From IMG/VR virus record IMGVR_UViG_3300010352_001897: a stretch of DNA of 64,000 nucleotides; one strand, given 5' to 3'. The notes beneath the pieces are model-generated. The model was not told where the DNA came from. It worked only from the letters and a program-made list of their open reading frames with translations, and did no database searches. Of the stretch, positions 28,989-37,564 are shown piece after piece (the stretch's first letter is position 1; every line of letters begins with the position of its first letter). The DNA is from an uncultured virus (IMG/VR IMGVR_UViG_3300010352_001897). Its lineage: Duplodnaviria; Heunggongvirae; Uroviricota; Caudoviricetes. The translations under genes were made by a program, and so were the position numbers.

Positions 28989-29357
28989 ATGTATTTCTCC
29001 ATGTCGAACACCAAAGATCCCAAAGTCGTCAACCTGTCCATCCGGGATATTTCCCTCGAAATGGCCATGGACATCATTTCCGTTCTCAATGAGGGAAAGA
29101 TCGTTGCTCTTCCCTTCGAGAATTCCTACGAAAACATTCAAGTACAGATGCATCCAAAAACCGAATCTGCCTACACATACGAAAACGAAAATGGCATTAT
29201 GAGGTACAACAAAATCAAGTGCATCAAGGATTTCCGCGAAATCACTGGACTGGGACTCTACGAAAGTAAGATTTTCACGGAATATTCCCCAGCTACGATT
29301 CAGAGACATATGATTCCTAAGCTGGAAAAAGTTGGGATTTTCGTCCAGCCTGTCTAA
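28989..29357 (+). CDS. protein with ribosomal L7/L12 C-terminal-like domain
   Basis: NKIKCIKDFREITGLGLYESKIFTE resembles the L12 KI.VIK.VRE.TGLGLKEAK motif; AAGGA SD. Confidence 0.75.
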   Translation: MYFSMSNTKDPKVVNLSIRDISLEMAMDIISVLNEGKIVALPFENSYENIQVQMHPKTESAYTYENENGIMRYNKIKCIKDFREITGLGLYESKIFTEYSPATIQRHMIPKLEKVGIFVQPV

Positions 29358-29566
29358 TCAAAGACATTCTCAAAGACCCTTAAGTGGGTCTTTTTTATAC
29401 CACATATGAAACAACATTTAGTATAGACTCTCCAATCTGTCAAGAGAGAAAATGTCTAGAATTATTTTTAACTTTCTTTATCTCAGCCCTTGACTAGAAC
29501 CATCATTTTTGATACATTACTCTAAGTGATAGGGAATGTTCCCTTCCAAACCTAGAGAGTAGCACA

Positions 29567-29812
29567 ATGGGAAAGAGCAAGCGTCCGACTCTGGATAAGT
29601 TCAGCCGTAAGGCCATCAAGGTGCAGGACATTCGCAGGCGCGAACTTCAGCGAGCGAACGAGGAGCCCATCCACTACGCTTTCCGGAATCGCCAACTTCG
29701 CAACCTTCAGAAGGGCGTCACATTGGCCGAATTGGTCTTTGTGCTGGTCTTTTTCTCGGGACTTGGCCTTGTGGGCTATGTCGCCTTCCACTTCCTTTCC
29801 AAGGTTTGGTGA
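29567..29812 (+). CDS. prepilin-like protein lacking a globular head
   Basis: QKG|VTLAELVFVLV class III signal motif, ORF ends 31 aa after cleavage site. Confidence 0.65.
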   Translation: MGKSKRPTLDKFSRKAIKVQDIRRRELQRANEEPIHYAFRNRQLRNLQKGVTLAELVFVLVFFSGLGLVGYVAFHFLSKVW

Positions 29813-29822
29813 GGGCTAATAA

Positions 29823-30044
29823 ATGCCTATGAGCTTCCCTAACATGGAATCCCTGCGAGCAAGGACCAAACAAAGAGGGTTTCGGGAACCTTTGGAAGGT
29901 GAGTCCGAAGCGGACTACAGGACCTCTTTTGCGGACTTCATGGTCAAGGTGGATATTGTGGAATCATCCGAAATCAGATCGGGCAAGGGTTGGGATGAGC
30001 AGGATCCTTCCGAATTGGTTGGACACTTACTCTTTTCCAGGTGA
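29823..30044 (+). CDS. hypothetical protein
   Basis: GAGGG SD, followed by terminator. Confidence 0.7.
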   Translation: MPMSFPNMESLRARTKQRGFREPLEGESEADYRTSFADFMVKVDIVESSEIRSGKGWDEQDPSELVGHLLFSR

Positions 30045-30260
30045 TTAAGAGGGAGAAGAAATTCTCCCTTTCTTTTTTGTTTAGGCCATCCTTGATTTAG
30101 TATAGACTCTCCAATCTGTCAAGAGGGAAAACGTCTAGAATTATTTTACTTTAATCTCATAAAATAGTAGACAGAAGGAAAATCACTCAGTATCTTTGTT
30201 TACATGAACCAATGAAGAATAGTTCTTCGGTTCTAAACCAACAAACAAGGACAAGCGACA

Positions 30261-30668
30261 ATGAGAAAGACTCGCAAAGACCTGATCGCAGAACTGGAAG
30301 CCCAAAAGGCCGCATTGGAACTGCAAATCAAGAATCTCAAGCGAAATCCACTCTTTCAGATTCGATTCAATAACGGAAACGTCTTCCGTGAACTGGACCT
30401 GTCCAAGTACAATTCCGATGAGATTGCCCTTCTGAAGGCTTACAAGTACCTCTTCGAGAACATGAACAAGAGTCAGGAAGAGATCGGAAGGGCGGTTCGT
30501 CAGTATTTCCAACATGGTGAAAAGGTCAGTACCGTTACCATCAACAAAAAATGGAACGTGGTCTCTCTGGTCAACAAGTATTCTTTCACCCAGTTTACCC
30601 GTGCCGTTAGCTGGTCCATGCACTTGGAGCATAAGGCAATGATGAACGTATTTTCCAACCTCAAGTAA
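30261..30668 (+). CDS. hypothetical early protein
   Basis: AAGGA SD, terminator. Confidence 0.75.
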   Translation: MRKTRKDLIAELEAQKAALELQIKNLKRNPLFQIRFNNGNVFRELDLSKYNSDEIALLKAYKYLFENMNKSQEEIGRAVRQYFQHGEKVSTVTINKKWNVVSLVNKYSFTQFTRAVSWSMHLEHKAMMNVFSNLK

Positions 30669-30837
30669 TAACCTTGAGGGAAGAATGGGAGGGAGTCCCT
30701 CCCTTTTTTCTTACTCACACCTAAAGTAATTTAGTATAGACTCTCCAATCTGTCAAGAGGGAAAACGTCTAAAACTATTTTCGTTCATCTTCACTATAGA
30801 TCTTGACATCATAGATCATTAAACGTATATTAATTAC

Positions 30838-31023
30838 ATGAAAAAGCTGATCCTCTTGATTGTGCTCTTGGTTGGTTATCTGTACGCTTCGGCAATCGCC
30901 AAAGGGTTTAAAGATTGCTTCCAGGAATCTTTCAACCAATCTACACAACAGATTGGAAAAGATCTCAACAAGGGAATCACCAAGCCAATCAAAAACACTA
31001 TCGCTCCAACTAAGGGTAAGTAA
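30838..31023 (+). CDS. small exported/membrane protein
   Basis: MKK plus hydrophobic signal, directly after promoter. Confidence 0.65.
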   Translation: MKKLILLIVLLVGYLYASAIAKGFKDCFQESFNQSTQQIGKDLNKGITKPIKNTIAPTKGK

Positions 31024-31024
31024 A

Positions 31025-31486
31025 ATGATTCGGAATGAATATCTTAACACCAAGTCCGGTTTCACTCCCAATTCCTCGGAAGATCGGAAATTCAATCACC
31101 AATTGCACATTGAATATTATTCCCAGTTCATTACCGAACAAACCAAATCATTGGCAAGAATCCTACTCAATCGCTTTCCCTACATGCTCTGCAATAATAA
31201 GGGTGAAAACAAAATCGAAGATTCTCTGAATTGCATTCAATTGAGACATTGGAATATTCTTGGAAATACTTTGACTATTGGGAACATGAATACTAAGAAA
31301 TGGAAGGAATGCGAATACCTTAACTCTCATTCGGAAAATCCAGGTAAACTCTACATTTCAGCGGCTGAAAAAGTATGCACTCTTAAGAATGCCGCAAGAA
31401 TGATTCTGCTCGAAAAGGGTTGGACCGAACATTGGGAATTGAACAAGTTCGGAAACGTGGAATGCTATCTGGTGAAAGGAAATTAA
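31025..31486 (+). CDS. hypothetical protein
   Basis: start moved to ATG 31025. Confidence 0.7.
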   Translation: MIRNEYLNTKSGFTPNSSEDRKFNHQLHIEYYSQFITEQTKSLARILLNRFPYMLCNNKGENKIEDSLNCIQLRHWNILGNTLTIGNMNTKKWKECEYLNSHSENPGKLYISAAEKVCTLKNAARMILLEKGWTEHWELNKFGNVECYLVKGN

Positions 31487-31488
31487 AA

Positions 31489-31782
31489 ATGAACTTTGAA
31501 AAACTTACCGTCGAAGAATTTACCACGTTGATTGTGGCTTGTTCCTATTCATCCATTTTACTATGTGCAAAGATCAATGATCGACTGATCCACATTTCCG
31601 CCCAAGATGCCCTAAATACCCTCAAAACAAAAGAGTATTCCAAATATGGAGAATTAAGCCTTCCGACGTTCTATTCTGAACACGGTGAATATAAGCCACT
31701 GTATGGGGTTTCTGGTCGCTGGAGATATACTTTCATTGACGGATTCTTTATTCGCACTGGAAGAGAAGGAAGGTGCTCTTAA
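31489..31782 (+). CDS. hypothetical protein
   Basis: AAGGA SD before MNFEKL. Confidence 0.65.
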   Translation: MNFEKLTVEEFTTLIVACSYSSILLCAKINDRLIHISAQDALNTLKTKEYSKYGELSLPTFYSEHGEYKPLYGVSGRWRYTFIDGFFIRTGREGRCS

Positions 31783-32007
31783 TAGGAATTCCAATCACAA
31801 TCCCTAGTATGGCAAAAGAATCACTATGATTCTTTTTATGTTAAAAACCATCATTTACCATAGAGAGTCTGAACTGTCAAGGGAGAAATTGTCTAGAATT
31901 ATTTTCAACTATTTTCATCTAGAGCCTTGACTTATGTTTCTTTTTAGCCTACATTAGTAACAGAACAAGGGCAAGATTGCCCACCAAACCAAACACGGAG
32001 TAGTATC

Positions 32008-32163
32008 ATGAAGAAGACCATCGCCCTCGCAACCATCGCTCTCGTCTCGCTCGCGGCCATCGCCTATGTCGCCCACAAGGCTTCGACTCCCAAGGTCGAA
32101 ACCATCTCCTCGGTGCAAATGGTAATCGTGGACGAAAACGAGTACTTGATCGTGGAACAGTAA
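32008..32163 (+). CDS. small exported protein (51 aa, MKKTIALATIAL..)
   Basis: GGAG SD, signal peptide; below ORF-track cutoff. Confidence 0.7.
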   Translation: MKKTIALATIALVSLAAIAYVAHKASTPKVETISSVQMVIVDENEYLIVEQ

Positions 32164-32190
32164 ACCCACCCTCACCAACTGGAGTCTACC

Positions 32191-33207
32191 ATGGCCTACG
32201 AAACCGCCCACCATCGTCGCACCACCTATCTGGGAATCGGAAGGGAAATCAATGTCCCTGTTGGCAAGTTCGACTATACCACCTTGCCCGATCTCAATTG
32301 GGGAACCTATGATCAGGAAATGACTTCCTATGTCGATATTCCGGAAGTCATCAACGGAAAGACGGTGATTACTCGGAAGCGTTATCCGTATCCCCATTCC
32401 AAGTTCATCATCAGAGACGATACAAACTATCCTCTCGGAATCGTCGGAAAGGATTACGTCTCTGTCCAGAATTCCGAAATATTTTCCTTTGTCAAGGAAC
32501 TGGGCGAATTCGACCTAGAAATGACTGTGGAACGTGCGGGAATTATGGAGGGAGGACGTACCGTATGGTGTCTTTGCAAGATGCCTTCCCTTTCCCTCGC
32601 CCTCGGCACGGACGCTCTGGAGTCTCGTCTACTCATCGCCAACGGACTCATCGGGAACCGTAACTATATGGTCGTCCCTGAGACTTGGCGTCCTGCCTGC
32701 TCCAATTTCCTTTCCATGATCGTAAGGGATCGAAAGAACAGAGTGGGACTTTCCAAGGGATGGAGCATTCGCCACTCTTCCAACCTGCAAGCCAGAATGT
32801 TGGAAGCTAAGGCGTCCATCATCCAAACCATCGAAGCTTGGAACACCACTAAGGAAATTGTGGAACTCATGGCAGGGACCAAGGCTCCCGATGATTTCAT
32901 TGTGGACCTGATCAACTCAACTTTCGGAGAAAAGAAGGGAAGCAAAAAGGGCGACACTCTGGCCGAAAATCGCAATAAGGCCATTTACAAGAACCTCGAA
33001 TCCGAAACCTCCAAGGGCTTGACCACGGAAGGCTCTATCTGGTCGGAATTCATGGCACTGACAGAATGGCTTGACCACGATTCGATCATCCGTTCGGAGA
33101 ACAAGGCCGAGGCACGATTCGAAAACAATCTCTTCGACGGACCTTCAATCCAAAAGAAGGAAAAGGCTTTCGAATACGCTTACGCTGTTGCGGCCTCTCT
33201 GGCCTAA
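32191..33207 (+). CDS. DUF932 family phage/plasmid protein
   Basis: RDDT..LGIVGKDYVSVQNSE, AG..GGRTVW, R..CSN, IRHS, TEWLDH. Confidence 0.85.
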   Translation: MAYETAHHRRTTYLGIGREINVPVGKFDYTTLPDLNWGTYDQEMTSYVDIPEVINGKTVITRKRYPYPHSKFIIRDDTNYPLGIVGKDYVSVQNSEIFSFVKELGEFDLEMTVERAGIMEGGRTVWCLCKMPSLSLALGTDALESRLLIANGLIGNRNYMVVPETWRPACSNFLSMIVRDRKNRVGLSKGWSIRHSSNLQARMLEAKASIIQTIEAWNTTKEIVELMAGTKAPDDFIVDLINSTFGEKKGSKKGDTLAENRNKAIYKNLESETSKGLTTEGSIWSEFMALTEWLDHDSIIRSENKAEARFENNLFDGPSIQKKEKAFEYAYAVAASLA

Positions 33208-33394
33208 TAGGGGCCTTCTAGGAAGGGTTAAGGGTTAGGGTTTAACACTCTAGCCCTTTTATTATGTCTAGGCTTATAGATAGGTCTATGCTGGAAGTAG
33301 TTGGCATATTGTTTTGACATTTAATTGTTAACAAACATTTTAGAAAAATTCCCCCTTGAATGTTTAGTATCTCTATGTTAAATAGCCCCTTACA

Positions 33395-33452
33395 AGGGTA
33401 TGGGGGGGACCCTCGGCTATATAGGGGGGTATGGGTACCTTAGAGGTGGGGG
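33395..33452 (+). other. G-tract cluster at the island/late-region boundary
   Basis: GGGTATGGGGGGG..GGGGGGTATGGG..GGGGG in non-coding DNA. Confidence 0.6.
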
Positions 33453-33608
33453 ATCTTAGCCGACTCCAAAAAAAAAAGACTCAAACTACCCCTACCTCAA
33501 AATAAAAAGAAAAACACATTATCAATTAAAAAGAGGGTAGGTTTAAAAAAAATTTTGCCAATACTTCACGGTAACAATAATTTCCGTAAATTTTTTATAA
33601 ATAACCAC

Positions 33609-34364
33609 ATGATAATATGTAATAAATGTGGAATTGAAAAACTAGAAACTGAATTCTATTACGATAAGAGTAATAGTAGATATGGTAAGACTTGTAAGGG
33701 TTGTTATAAGGTCATCTATAAAAATAAAATTGAACAAGGAATCATTGTTAATGATAAGGAATATGCCAGACAGTATAGGGAGAGCCACAAGGAATACTGG
33801 AAGAAATATAGAGAATCTCACCGAGAATATCATAAAACAAAAAGCACAGAATATTATAAAAACAACACTGAACATTGTAAAGAACTAATTAAGAAAAGAC
33901 TAAGTAATCCAATTAATAGAAAAAATCACAACATACGAGTGCAGAAATATAGAAAAACCAGAGCATTAAATGATCCTGAATATGCATTCAAGTTATCAAT
34001 GCGACAGTCAATTAAAAAGATGTTTAAGATTTATTCACTCAATGATAAACAGTATTCTTCTAAAAAATATGGAATTAATTTTAAAGAAATATTTGCCAAA
34101 GTAGGAGTTCGACCAAGTAAATCCCATCAACTAGATCATATAATTCCAATATGTGTTTTTAATTTAGACATTCCTGAACACGTTAGATTATTAAATTCTC
34201 CGAATAATTTACGATGGACATCTTCTAAAGATAATTTAGTTAAAAATGATATTATTAACTACGACCTAATTTCGGAGAATCCAGAGCTATTGAAAATTGC
34301 TAATTTTATTGGCATTACTAAAGAGCACCATAATACAAGTGGGCGAAATTTTAAGAAACAGTGA
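33609..34364 (+). CDS. HNH endonuclease with N-terminal zinc finger
   Basis: CNKC..CKGC, LDHIIP..NNLR..NLVK; TATAAATA before ATG 33609. Confidence 0.85.
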   Translation: MIICNKCGIEKLETEFYYDKSNSRYGKTCKGCYKVIYKNKIEQGIIVNDKEYARQYRESHKEYWKKYRESHREYHKTKSTEYYKNNTEHCKELIKKRLSNPINRKNHNIRVQKYRKTRALNDPEYAFKLSMRQSIKKMFKIYSLNDKQYSSKKYGINFKEIFAKVGVRPSKSHQLDHIIPICVFNLDIPEHVRLLNSPNNLRWTSSKDNLVKNDIINYDLISENPELLKIANFIGITKEHHNTSGRNFKKQ

Positions 34365-34391
34365 GTCTCATAATTATCTAATTTTATTTAA

Positions 34392-34613
34392 TTAGTTTAT
34401 TTCTTTCAATGTTAGGTATTGCATGTCGGAGTTTCTAATTGCTATTAGTGCTCCTCTGACATTGAAGATTTTGCCATAGAATTTCATATCTATGAGCATT
34501 ACGGTAGTTCCGACCGTAAATCCTAGTTCTTGGAGTCTAGAGCTTTTGCATTCGGTGATTATGTAATGGGAATGGAAGGGGTGTTTGAGGAAGTGTTTGA
34601 AGAAGTTAATCAC
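34392..34613 (-). CDS. FeoA-domain protein
   Basis: RLQELGFTVGTTV..FNVRGALIAIR pattern. Confidence 0.7.
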   Translation of the reverse strand: MINFFKHFLKHPFHSHYIITECKSSRLQELGFTVGTTVMLIDMKFYGKIFNVRGALIAIRNSDMQYLTLKEIN

Positions 34614-34819
34614 TGATTATCTTCTGAGAGAGTTTTTACCAATTCGATTGCTTCCTCTATTATTTCTTTTGGAACTTTAATTGAGTAGCTATTATCTACT
34701 GGATGGTCTTTGATTCTCACTTTAGCTGAGATATTCATTTTTCTGAGGGCATTATTATATTCCCTGAGGAACTCTTCCAATTCAAATGTAGTATATTCTT
34801 CTTTTAGGGTTATTTGCAC
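34610..34819 (-). CDS. hypothetical protein, paralog of N-terminus of 35622-36071
   Basis: LK..YTTFELE..L..N..L, H..D..YSI shared. Confidence 0.7.
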   Translation of the reverse strand: MQITLKEEYTTFELEEFLREYNNALRKMNISAKVRIKDHPVDNSYSIKVPKEIIEEAIELVKTLSEDNQ

Positions 34820-35625
34820 AGTCCATCTCCTGTGAAAAAGTTTTTTATTTTGGCTTTCTTGAGAATATTATCTAGCTCAGGATTCCATAGTTGGCAGGTC
34901 TTACCTTGTTTAATTTGTCTCAGTCTAATTAATTTTCTATATAGATCTCTTTCAGCCTTATTGTCTGATAGTTGGCTAGGGGTTCTATTGTGTTTTCTAT
35001 AGAATTTCATTAGGTCAGTGATGTCGGCACTTATCATTGTGCCTTGAATATTTGTTTTGAATAATTCAGGGAGGTCATATTTTATTGCCAATTCATCATA
35101 TTCAGGATACCAGATGCCTTGTAATTTTCCACTCTTAATTGAAACTAAATTTAATATGAATTTATTGGTCTTGGCGTCTTGTCCGAAGGAAGGAATTTTT
35201 CCAATTTGTTTTATTTTTTCAAGACATTCACTAAGAGTCTTTAGGGATTTTTCCTTATAATTAACATAATCGAATAGCTTTGGATCGTTATTGTCTTCAG
35301 CAATCACTTGTAATGAAGGATAAAAAACTCCAATCTTTCTATTTTTTGCCCTTTTTAATCTAGCTAGGGAGTTTCCTAATGATCTTTCAGTCTTATTATT
35401 GGAATATGACGAAGGGACTATTCTTTTATTATTAGTACTCTTAGATCTAATTTTTATAATTTTCTTAACCTTTTTAACTGCAACCTTTTCTAATTTGGCA
35501 GTCTTTGGGGATTTAGTGTTTAATTTATTATCTATCTGTTTAACATCATTTGACAGTGCAGTGACCATCATATTTGCAATACCCGTGGTCACATTTATTA
35601 AATGTTCGTCCAAGGTCATTGTCAT
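34810..35625 (-). CDS. hypothetical protein with helicase-associated-like repeats
   Basis: three repeats of PS..S..K.ER.L...L.RL..K. Confidence 0.65.
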   Translation of the reverse strand: MTMTLDEHLINVTTGIANMMVTALSNDVKQIDNKLNTKSPKTAKLEKVAVKKVKKIIKIRSKSTNNKRIVPSSYSNNKTERSLGNSLARLKRAKNRKIGVFYPSLQVIAEDNNDPKLFDYVNYKEKSLKTLSECLEKIKQIGKIPSFGQDAKTNKFILNLVSIKSGKLQGIWYPEYDELAIKYDLPELFKTNIQGTMISADITDLMKFYRKHNRTPSQLSDNKAERDLYRKLIRLRQIKQGKTCQLWNPELDNILKKAKIKNFFTGDGLCK

Positions 35626-36071
35626 CCTTTTTCCCCTAGAATCTTATTTACATACTCTGATGCATTATTTTTTTCTGCTCTTCTAATCATCTTATGTAGA
35701 ACTTCCTGATCCATAATATCTTGGAGTGTAGGGTAGCATTCTACGATCTTAGCAGTTCTTGGTGAATATCCTTCTGACCTTAACCTATCAATACACGTTA
35801 GTAAATATTCAGGTCCACAACTAGTAACCTGTAATTCACCCTGGGTATCATATTCGACAAGGATTAATTTTACTTTTTTCGGATGTGGTGTATTAGCTAG
35901 TTCAAATGCGTCATTGATAAATTCTTGAGTACCTCTAATTGAGTAGCCGCCATCTTCGGCGTGTTTATGGACTGCTACAGTAACAGTCTTTTGCTGAGAT
36001 TTCAATACTTCATTTAGAGCATGAAGTGCATTTTCAAGTTCAAATGTAGTATAGGTAGATTTTAGTTCCAT
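35622..36071 (-). CDS. hypothetical protein
   Basis: coupled operon. Confidence 0.7.
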   Translation of the reverse strand: MELKSTYTTFELENALHALNEVLKSQQKTVTVAVHKHAEDGGYSIRGTQEFINDAFELANTPHPKKVKLILVEYDTQGELQVTSCGPEYLLTCIDRLRSEGYSPRTAKIVECYPTLQDIMDQEVLHKMIRRAEKNNASEYVNKILGEKG

Positions 36072-36076
36072 TGTTA

Positions 36077-36598
36077 TTATTCCTCATCTTCAGAATCGAA
36101 ATCGGCCCAATCTTCGTCACTATCGTCATCGTGATAATCACGTTTCGAATTACTATTCTTAATTACCCTTTCTACCTCTATTTTGTCAGGAGAAGGGTAG
36201 CTCATTTCATCTTTTTCTTCGGCTGACAATTCAGGGTTTTTAATTTCATTTATCATATCTTCATCTGGGGTAATTTCAACGTCATAGGTGGTTCCATTTT
36301 CATCATAATATAGGACTTCATAACTTTCAATTTCATCTTCCATTCCTTCGTAATAGTGCAATTCTCCAAAATACTTTGTGGAATATTTTCCAACGTAAGT
36401 GTCATATCCGCCACGACCGTTCGGATAACATCTAAGGGTGACTTCTAGATGAAGTATCATGTTTCGTAATTCATCTTCATCTTCTGGCATTAATTCAAAG
36501 GAATGGTAATCATCGGCATCCCCTTCCATAGTTTTAACCTTAACGACGTAGCAATTCGTATTAGGAATTACTTTCTTGAGTATTTTTTCGATTTTCAT
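36077..36598 (-). CDS. acidic hypothetical protein
   Basis: AGGA SD, 173 aa. Confidence 0.75.
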   Translation of the reverse strand: MKIEKILKKVIPNTNCYVVKVKTMEGDADDYHSFELMPEDEDELRNMILHLEVTLRCYPNGRGGYDTYVGKYSTKYFGELHYYEGMEDEIESYEVLYYDENGTTYDVEITPDEDMINEIKNPELSAEEKDEMSYPSPDKIEVERVIKNSNSKRDYHDDDSDEDWADFDSEDEE

Positions 36599-36600
36599 GT

Positions 36601-36837
36601 TTACTTTCCTTCTGTTCTTTTTGTTGCCCAGACTAGGGCGTATTCTAGATTTGAGGCCCCTTTTCGAGGCCAGATTGTGGGGACAGTCTCAATCACGTAG
36701 TTATTGTTCATCATGGTTTTAGACCATCCAGAATCCCATAGAATGGAAAATGAAAGGTCATCTGAGGTGGGTCTTTCCCCCACTTCCATTAAGCGGTAGC
36801 CTTCAGGAGGTGTTGGTATTTTCATTTTAATCTCCAT
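36601..36837 (-). CDS. hypothetical protein
   Basis: operon context. Confidence 0.6.
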   Translation of the reverse strand: MEIKMKIPTPPEGYRLMEVGERPTSDDLSFSILWDSGWSKTMMNNNYVIETVPTIWPRKGASNLEYALVWATKRTEGK

Positions 36838-37304
36838 GACATTATTCTTTCGAAAAGACTTTTTGGCTTTGGATTTATTAATGATTTTAAATATTTTTCA
36901 TCATCAGGGATTAATTTTGAAACTAATAAGCAGTTATCTTCGTCAATTTCAAATTGTGTTTTTGGGAATTTATTTACTGTAACATATATGTTTTGTGACA
37001 GATAAGGGTGTTTATGACATATTATTAGATCATTTTTAAATGAGAGTTTTGTAATATCTAGTTCATAGCCTAATTGGTCAATTAGGGAAAATATCTTATC
37101 GACTATTTTATCTAAACTATCTAAATCCAAAGCACTACAATACTCATTACTTAGTCTAGGGTATTGGTATGTCCCCAATACATATTGAATGAAGTTCATA
37201 GGCGAGGAAACATTTAATGTCACTTCAAAGACAAAAGATTCTTTTCCAATTATTGAAAGATAACATAGGTGGTAATTATTCTTAAGATTAGTCTCTTTTA
37301 TCAC
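36822..37304 (-). CDS. hypothetical protein
   Basis: AAGGT SD, GTG start. Confidence 0.6.
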   Translation of the reverse strand: MIKETNLKNNYHLCYLSIIGKESFVFEVTLNVSSPMNFIQYVLGTYQYPRLSNEYCSALDLDSLDKIVDKIFSLIDQLGYELDITKLSFKNDLIICHKHPYLSQNIYVTVNKFPKTQFEIDEDNCLLVSKLIPDDEKYLKSLINPKPKSLFERIMSWRLK

Positions 37305-37396
37305 GCATTTACCTTTTCACTAGGGACGTTTAGCCAAGATTAACATTTTAGATGGTGTTCGGATGGTAACTTCCTCATAATTGTCTAAATACTATC

Positions 37397-37564
37397 ATGC
37401 CAAAAAACACACTAATTTCCACAATTTCAGCTTCAACTTTGTCCATTTCTACCGCCCTCTTAGTAAAATATTGGGACGTTGAGCAGGCCAAATTCCTATT
37501 AGCTCTTACTAGTTTGGTGAGCTTTGCATTTCTATCTAGCGCACTTGTAAGGATCTTCAAGTAA
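37397..37564 (+). CDS. small two-helix membrane protein (55 aa)
   Basis: TAAATA late motif just upstream; TAATG coupling to next gene. Confidence 0.55.
   Translation: MPKNTLISTISASTLSISTALLVKYWDVEQAKFLLALTSLVSFAFLSSALVRIFK

Larger units (their letters stand above)
9058..31900 (+). repeat. dispersed ~46-bp element, 17 copies: ATTTAGTATAG-N11-TGTCAAG-RGRGAAAW-YG-TCTARAA
   Basis: copies start at 9058, 10481, 17193, 18888, 19995, 20997, 22208, 24585, 26293, 27088, 27459, 28410, 28842, 29416, 30095, 30729, 31853; all same orientation, upstream of a promoter. Confidence 0.95.

Noticed and set aside
9058..31900. The 17 dispersed repeats as a CRISPR array or as plain antisense sigma70 promoters
   Set aside because: Spacing is hundreds to thousands of bp with genes between and no cas genes. 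The -35/-10 spacing to TATACT is 12 bp, and the 17-bp position usually gives TAAATG.
33222..33260. Telomere-like GGGTTA repeats
   Set aside because: Explained as the 5' arm of a terminator hairpin (AAGGGTTAGGGT/ACTCTAGCCCTT).
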